NCBI GenBank assembly: GCA_965248105.1
Contig: CBDFIK010000005.1
Location: 648,683 to 712,682 of the forward strand
Source: Bryobacterales bacterium
Lineage (GTDB): Bacteria; Acidobacteriota; Terriglobia; Bryobacterales; UBA6623
Reading direction: 5' to 3'
Length of the DNA stretch: 64,000 bases
The notes beneath the pieces were generated by a model, which saw nothing but the letters and a program-made list of their open reading frames with translations, searched no databases and had not been told where the DNA came from. Within the stretch, counting starts at the first letter, position 1. Each line of letters starts with the position of its first letter. Made by a program: the position numbers and the translations under genes. Below, piece after piece: positions 7,868 to 16,889 of the stretch.

Positions 7868-10800
7868 TCACACCTTCTCCATGTTCACCAGGAACCCCTT
7901 GTATTCGGGTGTTCCTGAGTTGGGGTCCATCACCGAAGGCGTCAGGTTGTTGATCAACGGGCCTTTCACACGTCCCAGAAATCCCCAGTGAATCGGCAGC
8001 CCAACGTGGTAGATCCGCCGACCGTTTACGTTGAGTCCTCGCATGCGCTTAGTGACCAGCGCGGGCCCTTCCACGCTGCCGCGAGCCGAGCTCACACGCA
8101 CCACGTCTCCGCTGCGAATGTTCTTCTCGTCAGCCAGCTCCGCCGGCAGTTCGACGAAGAAATTGGACTGCAGCTCTGAGGTGGCGGTGATGTGCTTTGT
8201 CCAGTAGTGGAAGTGTTCGGTAAGCCGGTAGGTGATCGCTACGTAGGGATATTTCGCGGCATCGCCGAGCGAGTCGAGGTCGCTTGAGAAAACCTTCATC
8301 GCGGGATTGCTTCCGACTTCGGGATGCAGCAGGTTCTCGACCGGCGACTCGGCCGGCTCGTAGTGCTCGGGGAACGGTCCTTCGACGAAATCCGACGCAA
8401 AGAGCTTAGCTACGCCTTCCGCCAACATGATGAAGGCCCCGTTAGCTTCCGGCGGTGCATCGGACTTGTAGTCGGGCACGTCGCCCGTCCAGCGGCCGTC
8501 TTTCCAACGGATCGCCGCGCGGCTCTCATCCCAGGGTTTCCCACTCGCGTCCGCGGATGCGCGGTTGTAAAGCACCCGCCGGTTTGCGGGCCAGCTCCAC
8601 GCCCAGTTGGCATAGAGGCCGAGCCCGGTCGGGTCCGCCTGCCCCTGGCGGGCGATCAGATTGCCGTCTTCCGTGACTGATCCCGAATAGAGCCAGTTGC
8701 CGCACAGAGTCGAGCCGTCGTCTTTCAAAGCGCCAAACCCCGGCACCTGGCGCCCGCTCGAAATCTCCTGTCCGCTGATCTCTGCTGCCACTTCTTCGAG
8801 CGAGGGCGCTACCGGGTTCGCGTAGCTCCAATCCATCGCCAGTAATGGCTCAGGAGCCGTACCTCCCTCTTCCTCGTAGAGTTCCCGGATCTTCAAGAAG
8901 AGGCGGGCTATGATTTCCTGATCGTCTTTGGCTTCACCGGGGGCGTCGAGAGCTTTGTACTTCCATTGCAGCCAGCGTGAGGAATTGACGAACGTGCCGT
9001 CTTTCTCCGCGAAGCAGGAGGCCGGTAGTAGGAAGACCTCCGTCTGGATATCCGCGGGATCGGTGACCGTGGGATAGTATTCTTTCGCCAGCGTTTTGGC
9101 TTTCCAGAAGGCCGCGGTTTCGGTCTCGAAGTTCTCCGCGACGATCAGCCATTTCAATTTCCCGAGCGCCTCGATCATCTTGACGGTGTTGGGCCCGCTC
9201 GCGACTGGGTTCATACCGAACGAGAGCATCCCTTCCACTTCGTCGGCGTACATCTTGTCGAAAAGGAAGCCCCAGCTGTGGTCCTCGCCTTCGGCGATCT
9301 TGGGCAGATAGTCGTATCCGAAATCGTTTTTCCGGGTCGCACTCTCGCCGTAGTAGGCCTTGAGCAGGCTGACCATAAACTTCGACGTGTTTTCCCAGTA
9401 GTTGAGCGAGTTCGGACGCAGAGGCTTTGGCGAGTTTGTTCTCACGTACTCCGCCAGCGTGGTCCAATTGGCCCTCGGCAGCTTCAAGTAGCCGGGAAGC
9501 ATGTTCCACGCGCCTAGGTCGGTGGCGCCTTGGATATTCGAATGACCGCGCTGTGCGTTGACGCCTCCCCCGGGGATGCCGATATTACCCAACAACAACT
9601 GCAGCATCGCCGCGGTATGGATCAACTGCACCGAGTGGCTGTGCTGCGTCCACCCGAGCGCGTAAAGGATGGTGCCCGAACGTCCGGCCCGGCCCGTCGA
9701 ACAGATGACCTCGGCGGCCTTCTCGAATGCCTCGGCCGAGCACCCGCAGATCGAAGCGACGGTCTGGGGCGTGTAGCGCGCATAGTGCTTCTTGAGTAAT
9801 TGAAAGACGGAGCGCGGGTGCTGTAGCGTTCGATCCACCTTGGCGTAGCCGCGCCCGTCGAGTTCGTATCGCCAGGTGGACTTGTCGTAGCGTTTGTTCG
9901 CCGCATCCCAACCCGAGAAATAGCCATTTTCAAAGGCGAAGCCTTCCGTTACCAGAAACGTTGAGTTCGTGTGCTCGCGCACGTAGTCGGCGTGGTATTG
10001 GTCGTGGGTCAGGGCGTAGTGGATCAGCCCGCCCAGGAAGGCGATGTCGCTGCCGGAACGAATCTGCACATAGCTGTCGGAAACCGCCGCTGTGCGATTG
10101 AAGCGCGGATCGACACACACCAGTTTGGCCTTGCGATGGCGTTTGGCTTCCATGACGAAACGGAAGCCGACGGGATGGTTTTCGGCCGGATTGCCGCCCA
10201 TCACCAACACGACGTCCGCGTTGGCGACGTCGGTCCAACCGTTGGTCATGGCCCCGCGGCCGAACGTGGCGGCCAAACTGACCACCGTGGGGCCGTGTCA
10301 AAGACGGGCCTGGTTTTCGTAAGCCAGCACACCCAGGCTGAACCGCAGCTTGCCGAGCAGGTAGTTAATCTCGTTCGTGTCGGTACAACCGCCGATCATG
10401 GCGACATTGGCGAGACGGTTGACCGTACGACCTTGCGGGTCGCGAGCTTCGAAACCCCGGTCGCGCGAGTCTTTGATCCGCCGGGCCATCTTTGCAATAG
10501 CCTCGTCCCAGGAAATCGCCTTCCACTCGGTCGCGCCCGGCGCGCGATAAAGCGGTCGTGTCAGCCGCCGATCGTTGACAACGAATTCCTTGAGCGAAAT
10601 GCCCTTGGAACACAGCGTCCCGCGATTGATCGGACTCGACGGATCGCCCTCGATGTGAACGACCGTCGGCTTGACGTTTTTTGCCTTGTCGCCGAGCGTG
10701 TGGATGACGACGCTGCAGCCGACAGCGCAGTAAGGACAAATACTGTGGGTCTGTGTCGTGCGCGCGATCTTCAGCTCGCGGGCGGCGGCCTGAGCGGGCC

Positions 10801-10879
10801 GCAGATCAAACCCGAAGGCGGTCGTCGCCAGCGCGGCGCCTGTCTTAACGAAGCCTCTTCTAGAGACGTCTCCCGGCAT
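7868..10879 (-). CDS. fdnG: Formate dehydrogenase alpha subunit, molybdopterin, Tat-exported, selenocysteine-containing (TGA at 10298-10300 read as Sec)
   Basis: ORFs 10298..10879 and 7868..10285 join through an in-frame TGA: ...YENQARL-U-HGPTVVSLAATFGRGAMTNGW, matching the E. coli FdnG Sec context. The twin-arginine signal is MPGDVSRRGFVKTGAALATTAFG. The N-terminal 4Fe-4S motif is CPYCAVGC. Confidence 0.9.
10268..10286 (-). promoter_or_regulatory. Bacterial SECIS hairpin of fdnG
   Basis: Counting U of UGA as 1, the stem is G15-C21 (GGUGGUC) paired with G27-C33 (GGCCGCC), and the loop is A22-U26 (AGUUU). This gives an 11-nt spacer with G23 and U24 in the loop and U at position 17, the same numbering as the E. 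coli fdhF SECIS determinants. Confidence 0.65.
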
Positions 10880-11105
10880 CGCAACCTCAAACGTGTAAAG
10901 GTTGTATCACGGGAGCCAGAGGGGTGTCAACGGAAGGTAGTATCTCAGTTCCACCCACCTTCGTTTCGGGACAGTTTCAACCTGCCCGCGGGCGGGTCCT
11001 TATGCCGGTCGCTACCGGAAAACAATCGAAACTGAGCCTCTACCCACTGCGGCGGCGGCGATCACAAGGGTGTCGGTTCACCACGGTGCTAGAATACCAA
11101 CAGCT

Positions 11106-11321
11106 ATGAAATACAGGGTGCTGATCGAGCAGGACGAAGACGGGGCGTTCGTCGCCACCTGCCCCTCCCTGCCCGGGTGCGTTTCGCAAGGTGCGACACG
11201 CGACGACGCTCGCCGCAACATCCACGAAGCCATCACAGGCTATCTGAAGAGTCTCGAAGAGCACGGCGACCCCATCCCACCCGGGATTCAAGAAGAAGTG
11301 ATCGAAGTCGTTTCTAAGTGA
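11106..11321 (+). CDS. hicB: HicB-family antitoxin
   Basis: 71 aa from ATG 11106: MKYRVLIEQDEDGAFVATCPSLPGCVSQGATRDDARRNIHEAITGYLKSLEEHG, a typical HicB/UPF0150 N-domain. Confidence 0.85.
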   Translation: MKYRVLIEQDEDGAFVATCPSLPGCVSQGATRDDARRNIHEAITGYLKSLEEHGDPIPPGIQEEVIEVVSK

Positions 11322-11538
11322 GACTACCTGTCGTCTCGGGCGCCGAGGCTGTCAAGGCGTTTCGGAAGATCAGCTACCAGTTTGACCGCCGGCACGGAAG
11401 TCACATTATCCTCCGTCGCAACGCTCCTCCCTATCGCCGCCTTTCGATTCCGGACACAAGGAACTGGCTAAGGGCACACTTCGAACTCTAATTCGAGAGT
11501 CGGGTCTAACAGTTGAAGAGTTTAGAAAGTTGCTCCGA
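11318..11538 (+). pseudogene. hicA: HicA-family toxin, disrupted by a 1-nt frameshift
   Basis: GTG 11318 overlaps the hicB stop. Frame 1 gives VRLPVVSGAEAVKAFRKISYQFDRRHGSHIILRRNAPPYRRLSIPD, then runs out of family (TRNWLRAHFEL*). The +1 frame from ~11458 gives KELAKGTLRTLIRESGLTVEEFRKLL, the HicA C-terminal consensus. The frame switch is at ~11453-11460. Confidence 0.65.
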
Positions 11539-11608
11539 GTTCGATACGCCGACGCCAGTGGCAGGGGACGACGTGCGCAGTCCGACTCGGTAGGGCGAGT
11601 CGTACGCC

Positions 11609-13249
11609 CTAAAGGAGCAGGCCTTGCGTGGGTAACGGGTTCTTGTGTTTCCGCTTGGCCTTGTTGAAAGTTTCAACCCTGCGGCGTGGGTACTCGAGCT
11701 GCTTGCCCGAGAGCAGCTCGGGTATCGTCAGAATCTGTACCTTCGGATACCTGACTGATGACCACTCGGGCTCATAGAACCCTGCTGCCAGTGCCTCCTT
11801 CCTCATAGGCTGCGTGGGTTCCCTCAGCGTGACAAGAGCAGCGATGGTCGCGTTCTCGCGCTGCATGACGCCCTTCAGGTCGCGCACATCTTTCACTCCA
11901 ACGTGCCCGCTCTTGACCTGCACCACGACTTTCTTGGCCTGCTCACTTTTGTCGTCGAAGAAGTGGATGTAGCCATCAACTCCCTCGTCCGCGCCCTTTC
12001 TGCGGTCCTTCGCCGGGTGTGCATCAACGAGGTCAACAGCCCACCATTCGAACTGATAGCGGTTGAGGCTCTTCAGCGCCTCGGCGCCTTTGAGGTCCGT
12101 GGGTGCTCCAACGATTTTGTAGTCACCAAGATCCTCGCGGAAATGGTCTCGCAGCCTGCGTTGAACGAGGTTAATCGCCAGGTAGGTTATGTCGATGCCT
12201 ATCCATTGGCGCTTAAGTTTTTCGGCCACGGCTATGGTGGTCCCACAGCCACAAAAGGGGTCAAGCACAACGTCGCCCTCGTTGCTGCTTGCCTTGACGA
12301 TGCGCTCCAAGAGCGATTCGGGCTTTTGCGTCGGGTAGCCGAGGCGCTCCGCCGCTTGCGAGCCTATGGGCTTGATGTCTGTCCAAATATCCTGAATCGG
12401 CACGCCCGGCATTTCGTCAAGGTACCGCTTGTATCGCGGCACAGCGCCGGGCCGTTGCTGTACTACACGCCCTTGGTCAATCAATTCTTGCATTTTTCCC
12501 GTTGTGAAGCGCCAATATCGTGTAACCCCCATCACCTCGTATTGCGGGTTGCCCTTGGCAGCCCCACCCGGCCCCGTTAAGTCGCCCAGCGTATAGCGCC
12601 GGCCTGTTTGAGGCTCTACGTATCGGTAGAAATGTTCGACGTAATCTTGATCATAGGGCGTATGTTGTACGTTCCACGTGTAGTCAATGCCACCCTTCGT
12701 GTAAAAGAGAATCACGTCGTGCACCCGCCCGTGCTGCCGGCGGCCTTGCTTGGCGTCGCTGTGGGCGCTTGTGCGCTTCCAGATAATCTCCGTCTTGAAA
12801 TTGTAGGGCTGAAACACGGCGTCCATGACCACTTTGAGGTAGTGGCTCGCTGTGGGGTCGCAGTGCAGATAGATGCTGCCGTCCGGCCTCAGTACTCGGT
12901 GGAGTTCCACGAGCCGAATTGCCATCATCACCAAGTAGGCCATCATGTCATTGCGGCCTAAGAAGGCAATGAGGGTGTTCATCAGGTCTGCCAACTGACG
13001 CGGGCCTGCCGTGACGATTTCTCGGAAGGCTACTTCGGATTCCTGACTCCAGTGCCAAGTGTCTTCGAAAGCTGTGATTTGCGCCGCCGATTTCTCGCCG
13101 CTCTTCTCCTTGAAGAGGACGTTGTAGCCGGCATTCGAGTTGAAGGGTGGGTCGAGGTAGATTAGATCTATACTTTCGGCCGGAATCTGATCGCGGAGAA
13201 TCTGCAGGTTGTCCCCGAAATACAGTTGGTTTGTCCAATTTTCATCCAT
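11609..13249 (-). CDS. DNA amino-methyltransferase (beta-class, DPPF motif) fused to a C-terminal Mrr-type PD-(D/E)xK nuclease domain
   Basis: Motif IV is [15 protein letters not shown] near the N-terminus. Motif I is [16 protein letters not shown] downstream. The C-terminal [14 protein letters not shown]...VVVQVKSGH matches the Mrr catalytic-core pattern (D-G-x-D-G ... Q-x-K). ATG 13249 is preferred over TTG 13270. The gene is visibly AT-richer than its flanks. Confidence 0.8.
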   Translation of the reverse strand: MDENWTNQLYFGDNLQILRDQIPAESIDLIYLDPPFNSNAGYNVLFKEKSGEKSAAQITAFEDTWHWSQESEVAFREIVTAGPRQLADLMNTLIAFLGRNDMMAYLVMMAIRLVELHRVLRPDGSIYLHCDPTASHYLKVVMDAVFQPYNFKTEIIWKRTSAHSDAKQGRRQHGRVHDVILFYTKGGIDYTWNVQHTPYDQDYVEHFYRYVEPQTGRRYTLGDLTGPGGAAKGNPQYEVMGVTRYWRFTTGKMQELIDQGRVVQQRPGAVPRYKRYLDEMPGVPIQDIWTDIKPIGSQAAERLGYPTQKPESLLERIVKASSNEGDVVLDPFCGCGTTIAVAEKLKRQWIGIDITYLAINLVQRRLRDHFREDLGDYKIVGAPTDLKGAEALKSLNRYQFEWWAVDLVDAHPAKDRRKGADEGVDGYIHFFDDKSEQAKKVVVQVKSGHVGVKDVRDLKGVMQRENATIAALVTLREPTQPMRKEALAAGFYEPEWSSVRYPKVQILTIPELLSGKQLEYPRRRVETFNKAKRKHKNPLPTQGLLL

Positions 13250-13427
13250 GTTCGCTGAGTTCGTCTTCAACGGTTCGCCGGGCCACTACCGTCTTGAAAG
13301 GCCACTCGAAGCACTATTGTCGCAGATGCCGACGGTGCCTCAGGCGATCGGTCTCGCCATCACCGAAGGACGTGCGCAGAGGTCCATCAAGTACTTGCGC
13401 TTCCGGGCTCCGCCCTCAGAATCGGAA

Positions 13428-14276
13428 TCAAACCACCTTTGCCGGGTTCACTAACTTCCCAATCTCCGCGGCTTCGATCGTCACGACGTCGCCCGGCTGC
13501 AAGGCCGCTTCTTCCGTGACGATGATTCCGGTGCCGGTGAGAATCACCGCCGGCGCGGGCACGGGATTACTGCGTAGCAGGTATTCGGCCAACTCCTCGA
13601 ACTTGCGCCGCAGTTGAGCAGTAGAAGCCGATCCCTCAAACGTGGTCTCTCCGTTGCGAGTGATCGTACAGCTTAACTGCAAATCATAAGGATTCGCGAT
13701 TTCTTCCGGGGTCACGATCACCGGACCGAGCGAGCAGCAAGCTTCGTAGGCCTTCGACTGCGGCAGGTAGAGCGCGTTTTCCTTTTCGATGTCCCACGCC
13801 GAGACATCGTTGCCCAGCGTGTAACCCACAATGTCGCCGCGACTGTTGATGACGATCGCCAGCTCCGGTTCGGGAGCGGTGAACTTCGAGTCGGAACGGA
13901 TGCCGATCGCCTCACCGGGGCCGACGCAATTGCGACTGGTCCCCTTAAAGAAGATCTCCGGGCGGTGGGCCGGGTTGTGCACGTAGCCGTACATGCCTTC
14001 GCCGGTGCCGAGTTCCGCGTCACGAAACTCGGCGCTCGGGGCGTAGGTACAGCCGCAACCCCAAACTTCGGACGGAGTAACCGGGATTTCGGGCTCCGTA
14101 CTTACCACTTCCGATGAGGCCGATTCAACCGCCACCGCGCTGAGACTTCGACTCTGCTCTTCGGCTTTAACAATCAAAGAAGCCACGGTATGTTCCGGAA
14201 TCGGCCGATAGCCTCCGTCTTCCACAATGGCGGCGGTCAGCGTCCCTGAAGAATCTCGCATCTGTGCTAATTTCAT
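13428..14276 (-). CDS. Fumarylacetoacetate hydrolase (FAH) family protein
   Basis: 282 aa. C-terminal FAH-fold motifs (EPELAIVINSRGDIVGYTLGNDVSAWDIE..., ILTGTGI...L.PGDVV). Exact substrate unknown. Confidence 0.75.
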   Translation of the reverse strand: MKLAQMRDSSGTLTAAIVEDGGYRPIPEHTVASLIVKAEEQSRSLSAVAVESASSEVVSTEPEIPVTPSEVWGCGCTYAPSAEFRDAELGTGEGMYGYVHNPAHRPEIFFKGTSRNCVGPGEAIGIRSDSKFTAPEPELAIVINSRGDIVGYTLGNDVSAWDIEKENALYLPQSKAYEACCSLGPVIVTPEEIANPYDLQLSCTITRNGETTFEGSASTAQLRRKFEELAEYLLRSNPVPAPAVILTGTGIIVTEEAALQPGDVVTIEAAEIGKLVNPAKVV

Positions 14277-14374
14277 CGTCTCTCGCTAGTTCGGTGATGG
14301 GTCCGCAAAAAGCGGCAATTCGTGAATTCAGCCGCGTATATGTGTGGCGGCCGCCTCGACGAATGGGCTACGTA

Positions 14375-15982
14375 TTACTCTCTCAGACCAAAAGTAAGAA
14401 GAGTAAGGCCCGCTTTCACGGACACGTACTGCTTGCCATCGACAAGGTAGGTAATAGGTGAGTTGTCCGTTCGAGCGCCGAGGTTTTTTCTCCACAGCAA
14501 CTTGCCGGTCTCGACGTCGAGGGCTATGAAATTACCCTCTATGCTGCCTGAGAACAGGACGTCACCGGCGGTCGTCAGCAATCCCGATTCGGAAACCTCC
14601 CTCATCTTGAACTCCCACTTTCTTTCTCCCGTCTCGGGATCGAGCGCGCGGATGGCCCCGTAGCCTGCATCCTCTTCCGCCATGTGGTTAGGATAGATTC
14701 TTTCCACAAGGCTGCCATCGTAGCGGTTGCCGGCGGTGTAGATCGGTTCGCCCAAGTAAAACACGCCCCAGTAATCCGCCCAAACCGACAAGTAAAAAAG
14801 ACCCGTTCTGGGGCTGTAGGAGGGTGCATACCAGTTGGTCGCTCCTTGCGCCGCCGGGTAAACCTTAACGCCTTCTTTCGTTGGTTCCGTACCCGGCAGT
14901 TTGATGGGCCGGCCGTTTTCGTCGAGGCCCTTGGCCCAGGTTTGCTTGGCAAACGGCTTTCCCAGCAGGAATTCTCCTGTCGCGCGGTCCAGCACGTAAA
15001 AGAAAGCATTGCGGTTGCCCCACAGCATCAACTTGCGCGGCCGCCCGCGAAACTCTCTGTCCACCAGCACCGGAATTTGAACCGCGTCCCAGTCCCAAAC
15101 GTCGTGCGGCGTGAACTGGAAATGCCATTTCAGCTTGCCGGTATCAACGTCAAGGGCCACGACGGAACCGGTGTAGAGATTGTCGCCGGGGCGTACGTCG
15201 CCATTCCAATCAGGGCTGGGATTGCCAATGCCCCAATAGACCAGGTTCAGGTCTGGATCGAACGATCCCGTCACCCAAGCCGAGCCGCCGCCCGTCTTCC
15301 AAGCGTCGCTCTCCCAAGTCTCGTGGCCCGGCTCGCCAGGGCCGGGTATGGTGTAGAAGCGCCAAGCTTGTTCTCCGGTCTTAGCGTCATAGGCGTCAAG
15401 GTAGCCGCGAATGCCGTACTCGCCGCCCGCGGTTCCGACGATGACCTTATCCTTGACCGCTAGGGGAGCCACGGTCACGGTATAGCCTTTCGTGTTGTCA
15501 CAGACCTGTCGGTCCCAAAGAACGTTCCCGGTTTTCGCGTCGAGCGCCAGCAGCCGGCCATCGAGCGTTCCCGTAAAAACCCGATCGTCGAGGAGAGCGA
15601 CCCCGCGGTTCGAGCGGGCAACTGTGTTGACCCTCTTCGGCAAAGTGTGGACGTAGGTCCAGAACCTGCGGCCGGTCTTGGCGTCGAGCGCTATGACATT
15701 GTTATTTCCTTCGGTCAAGTACATGATGCCGTCAACAACCAGCGGCGTCGCCTGTAGCTTGCCTTCCGTGCCGGCATGAAACATCCACTTTAGTTCGAGG
15801 TCACCAACGTTCTCCCGGGTGATCTGTTTCAGTCCACTGTAATGCTGGCTTTTATAGGTCCCCGAATAAGTTGCCCAATTCTGGGGGTTGGCTTCGGCGC
15901 TGAGCAGATCTTCGTAGCTGACCTGGGCTGTCAACACAAGCGCCCACAAAAGAAGAAAGATCATGCGTCCGAGAGGTTTCAT
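14375..15982 (-). CDS. PQQ-dependent dehydrogenase (8-bladed quinoprotein, methanol/ethanol-dehydrogenase superfamily), secreted
   Basis: Signal peptide. N-terminal NPQNWATYSGTYKSQHYSGLKQIT...NVGDLELKWMF...ATPLVVDGIMY...ALDAKTGRRFW and repeated ALD..TGK..W propeller motifs. Only one Cys in the whole protein. Confidence 0.8.
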   Translation of the reverse strand: MKPLGRMIFLLLWALVLTAQVSYEDLLSAEANPQNWATYSGTYKSQHYSGLKQITRENVGDLELKWMFHAGTEGKLQATPLVVDGIMYLTEGNNNVIALDAKTGRRFWTYVHTLPKRVNTVARSNRGVALLDDRVFTGTLDGRLLALDAKTGNVLWDRQVCDNTKGYTVTVAPLAVKDKVIVGTAGGEYGIRGYLDAYDAKTGEQAWRFYTIPGPGEPGHETWESDAWKTGGGSAWVTGSFDPDLNLVYWGIGNPSPDWNGDVRPGDNLYTGSVVALDVDTGKLKWHFQFTPHDVWDWDAVQIPVLVDREFRGRPRKLMLWGNRNAFFYVLDRATGEFLLGKPFAKQTWAKGLDENGRPIKLPGTEPTKEGVKVYPAAQGATNWYAPSYSPRTGLFYLSVWADYWGVFYLGEPIYTAGNRYDGSLVERIYPNHMAEEDAGYGAIRALDPETGERKWEFKMREVSESGLLTTAGDVLFSGSIEGNFIALDVETGKLLWRKNLGARTDNSPITYLVDGKQYVSVKAGLTLLTFGLRE

Positions 15983-16851
15983 TGTCGTGTTCCCTCGGGT
16001 TTCAGGGTAGAGAGATAAGCGACAAGATCTGCAATCTCGCGCTGACTCAACTTTCGCTCGAAGGACGGCATCACGGAATTTTTGTCTAGGTCATATTCTT
16101 CGAGGTCGCTCTTGATGACTGAGATAAGGCGCTCCTGGGAATCGAGGAGCTGCAGCGAGAAAGTGTCTTCGTTTAACCGCCTGCCTGTGACCGTGATCCC
16201 TTCCTTGGTGGTAGCGCGCAGCTCCCAGTAAGCGGGAGAAACCTTCTCGTTCGGGTTGAGAATGGATCGCTTCAGTTCCTCGAGAGATCTGTCCCCTCCA
16301 ATGTGACTCAGATCGGGACCGCGGCGCCCCCCCTCCCCCTTGACAGTGTGACACTGCGAACATCCACCCTTGCCCCGGAAAAGCTTTGCGCCCCGAGCAG
16401 CGTCACTTGCGCTTTGCTTTGCTCCAGCGGTCCGCCGCAGCGACTGAACGTACGCTACGACCTGCCAACGTTCCTTTTCGCTAAACGTGAAAGGCGGCAT
16501 CCCCGTACCCGGAATCCCATTTCTGATCGTTTCATACAGCTCAACGTCCGTAGTACGGCCGGGCGATCCTCTCCTGATCTGGGGGCCTATTCCAATCGTG
16601 CCGTTGCCGTCCAGTCCATGACATATAGCGCAGAGGGGGCGAAAAAGCCGAGCGCCGGCCGCTTCATCGCCGGCCGATGTGTAGGGGTTTTGAATACTGG
16701 TTTGCTGGGCAGAGAGCGAAGCGCAAAACAGCACCAGAACAGCACACCACGGGCCGGCGTTGCGGCCTATCCGCCTTATTGGCTCACGATGAACGCCAGA
16801 CCTGTTTTTCTTCCCGAACCGTCCAAAGAAAGACGCCTCGAATCTTCTCAT
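15979..16851 (-). CDS. Dihaem c-type cytochrome
   Basis: Two CxxCH motifs (CAICHG, CSQCHT) and an N-terminal hydrophobic anchor. Its stop overlaps the start of the PQQ dehydrogenase in an ATGA at 15979-15982. Confidence 0.8.
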   Translation of the reverse strand: MRRFEASFFGRFGKKNRSGVHREPIRRIGRNAGPWCAVLVLFCASLSAQQTSIQNPYTSAGDEAAGARLFRPLCAICHGLDGNGTIGIGPQIRRGSPGRTTDVELYETIRNGIPGTGMPPFTFSEKERWQVVAYVQSLRRTAGAKQSASDAARGAKLFRGKGGCSQCHTVKGEGGRRGPDLSHIGGDRSLEELKRSILNPNEKVSPAYWELRATTKEGITVTGRRLNEDTFSLQLLDSQERLISVIKSDLEEYDLDKNSVMPSFERKLSQREIADLVAYLSTLKPEGTRQ

Positions 16852-16889
16852 GGCTTTCTCGCTCTTTCACTGACACACAAGGGTGTGTA

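Noticed and set aside
9971-11035. 354-aa ORF on the plus strand
   Set aside because: It is entirely antisense to the well-supported fdnG gene and has an Arg/Gly/Ala/Val-rich low-complexity translation. This is a typical shadow ORF of GC-rich DNA.
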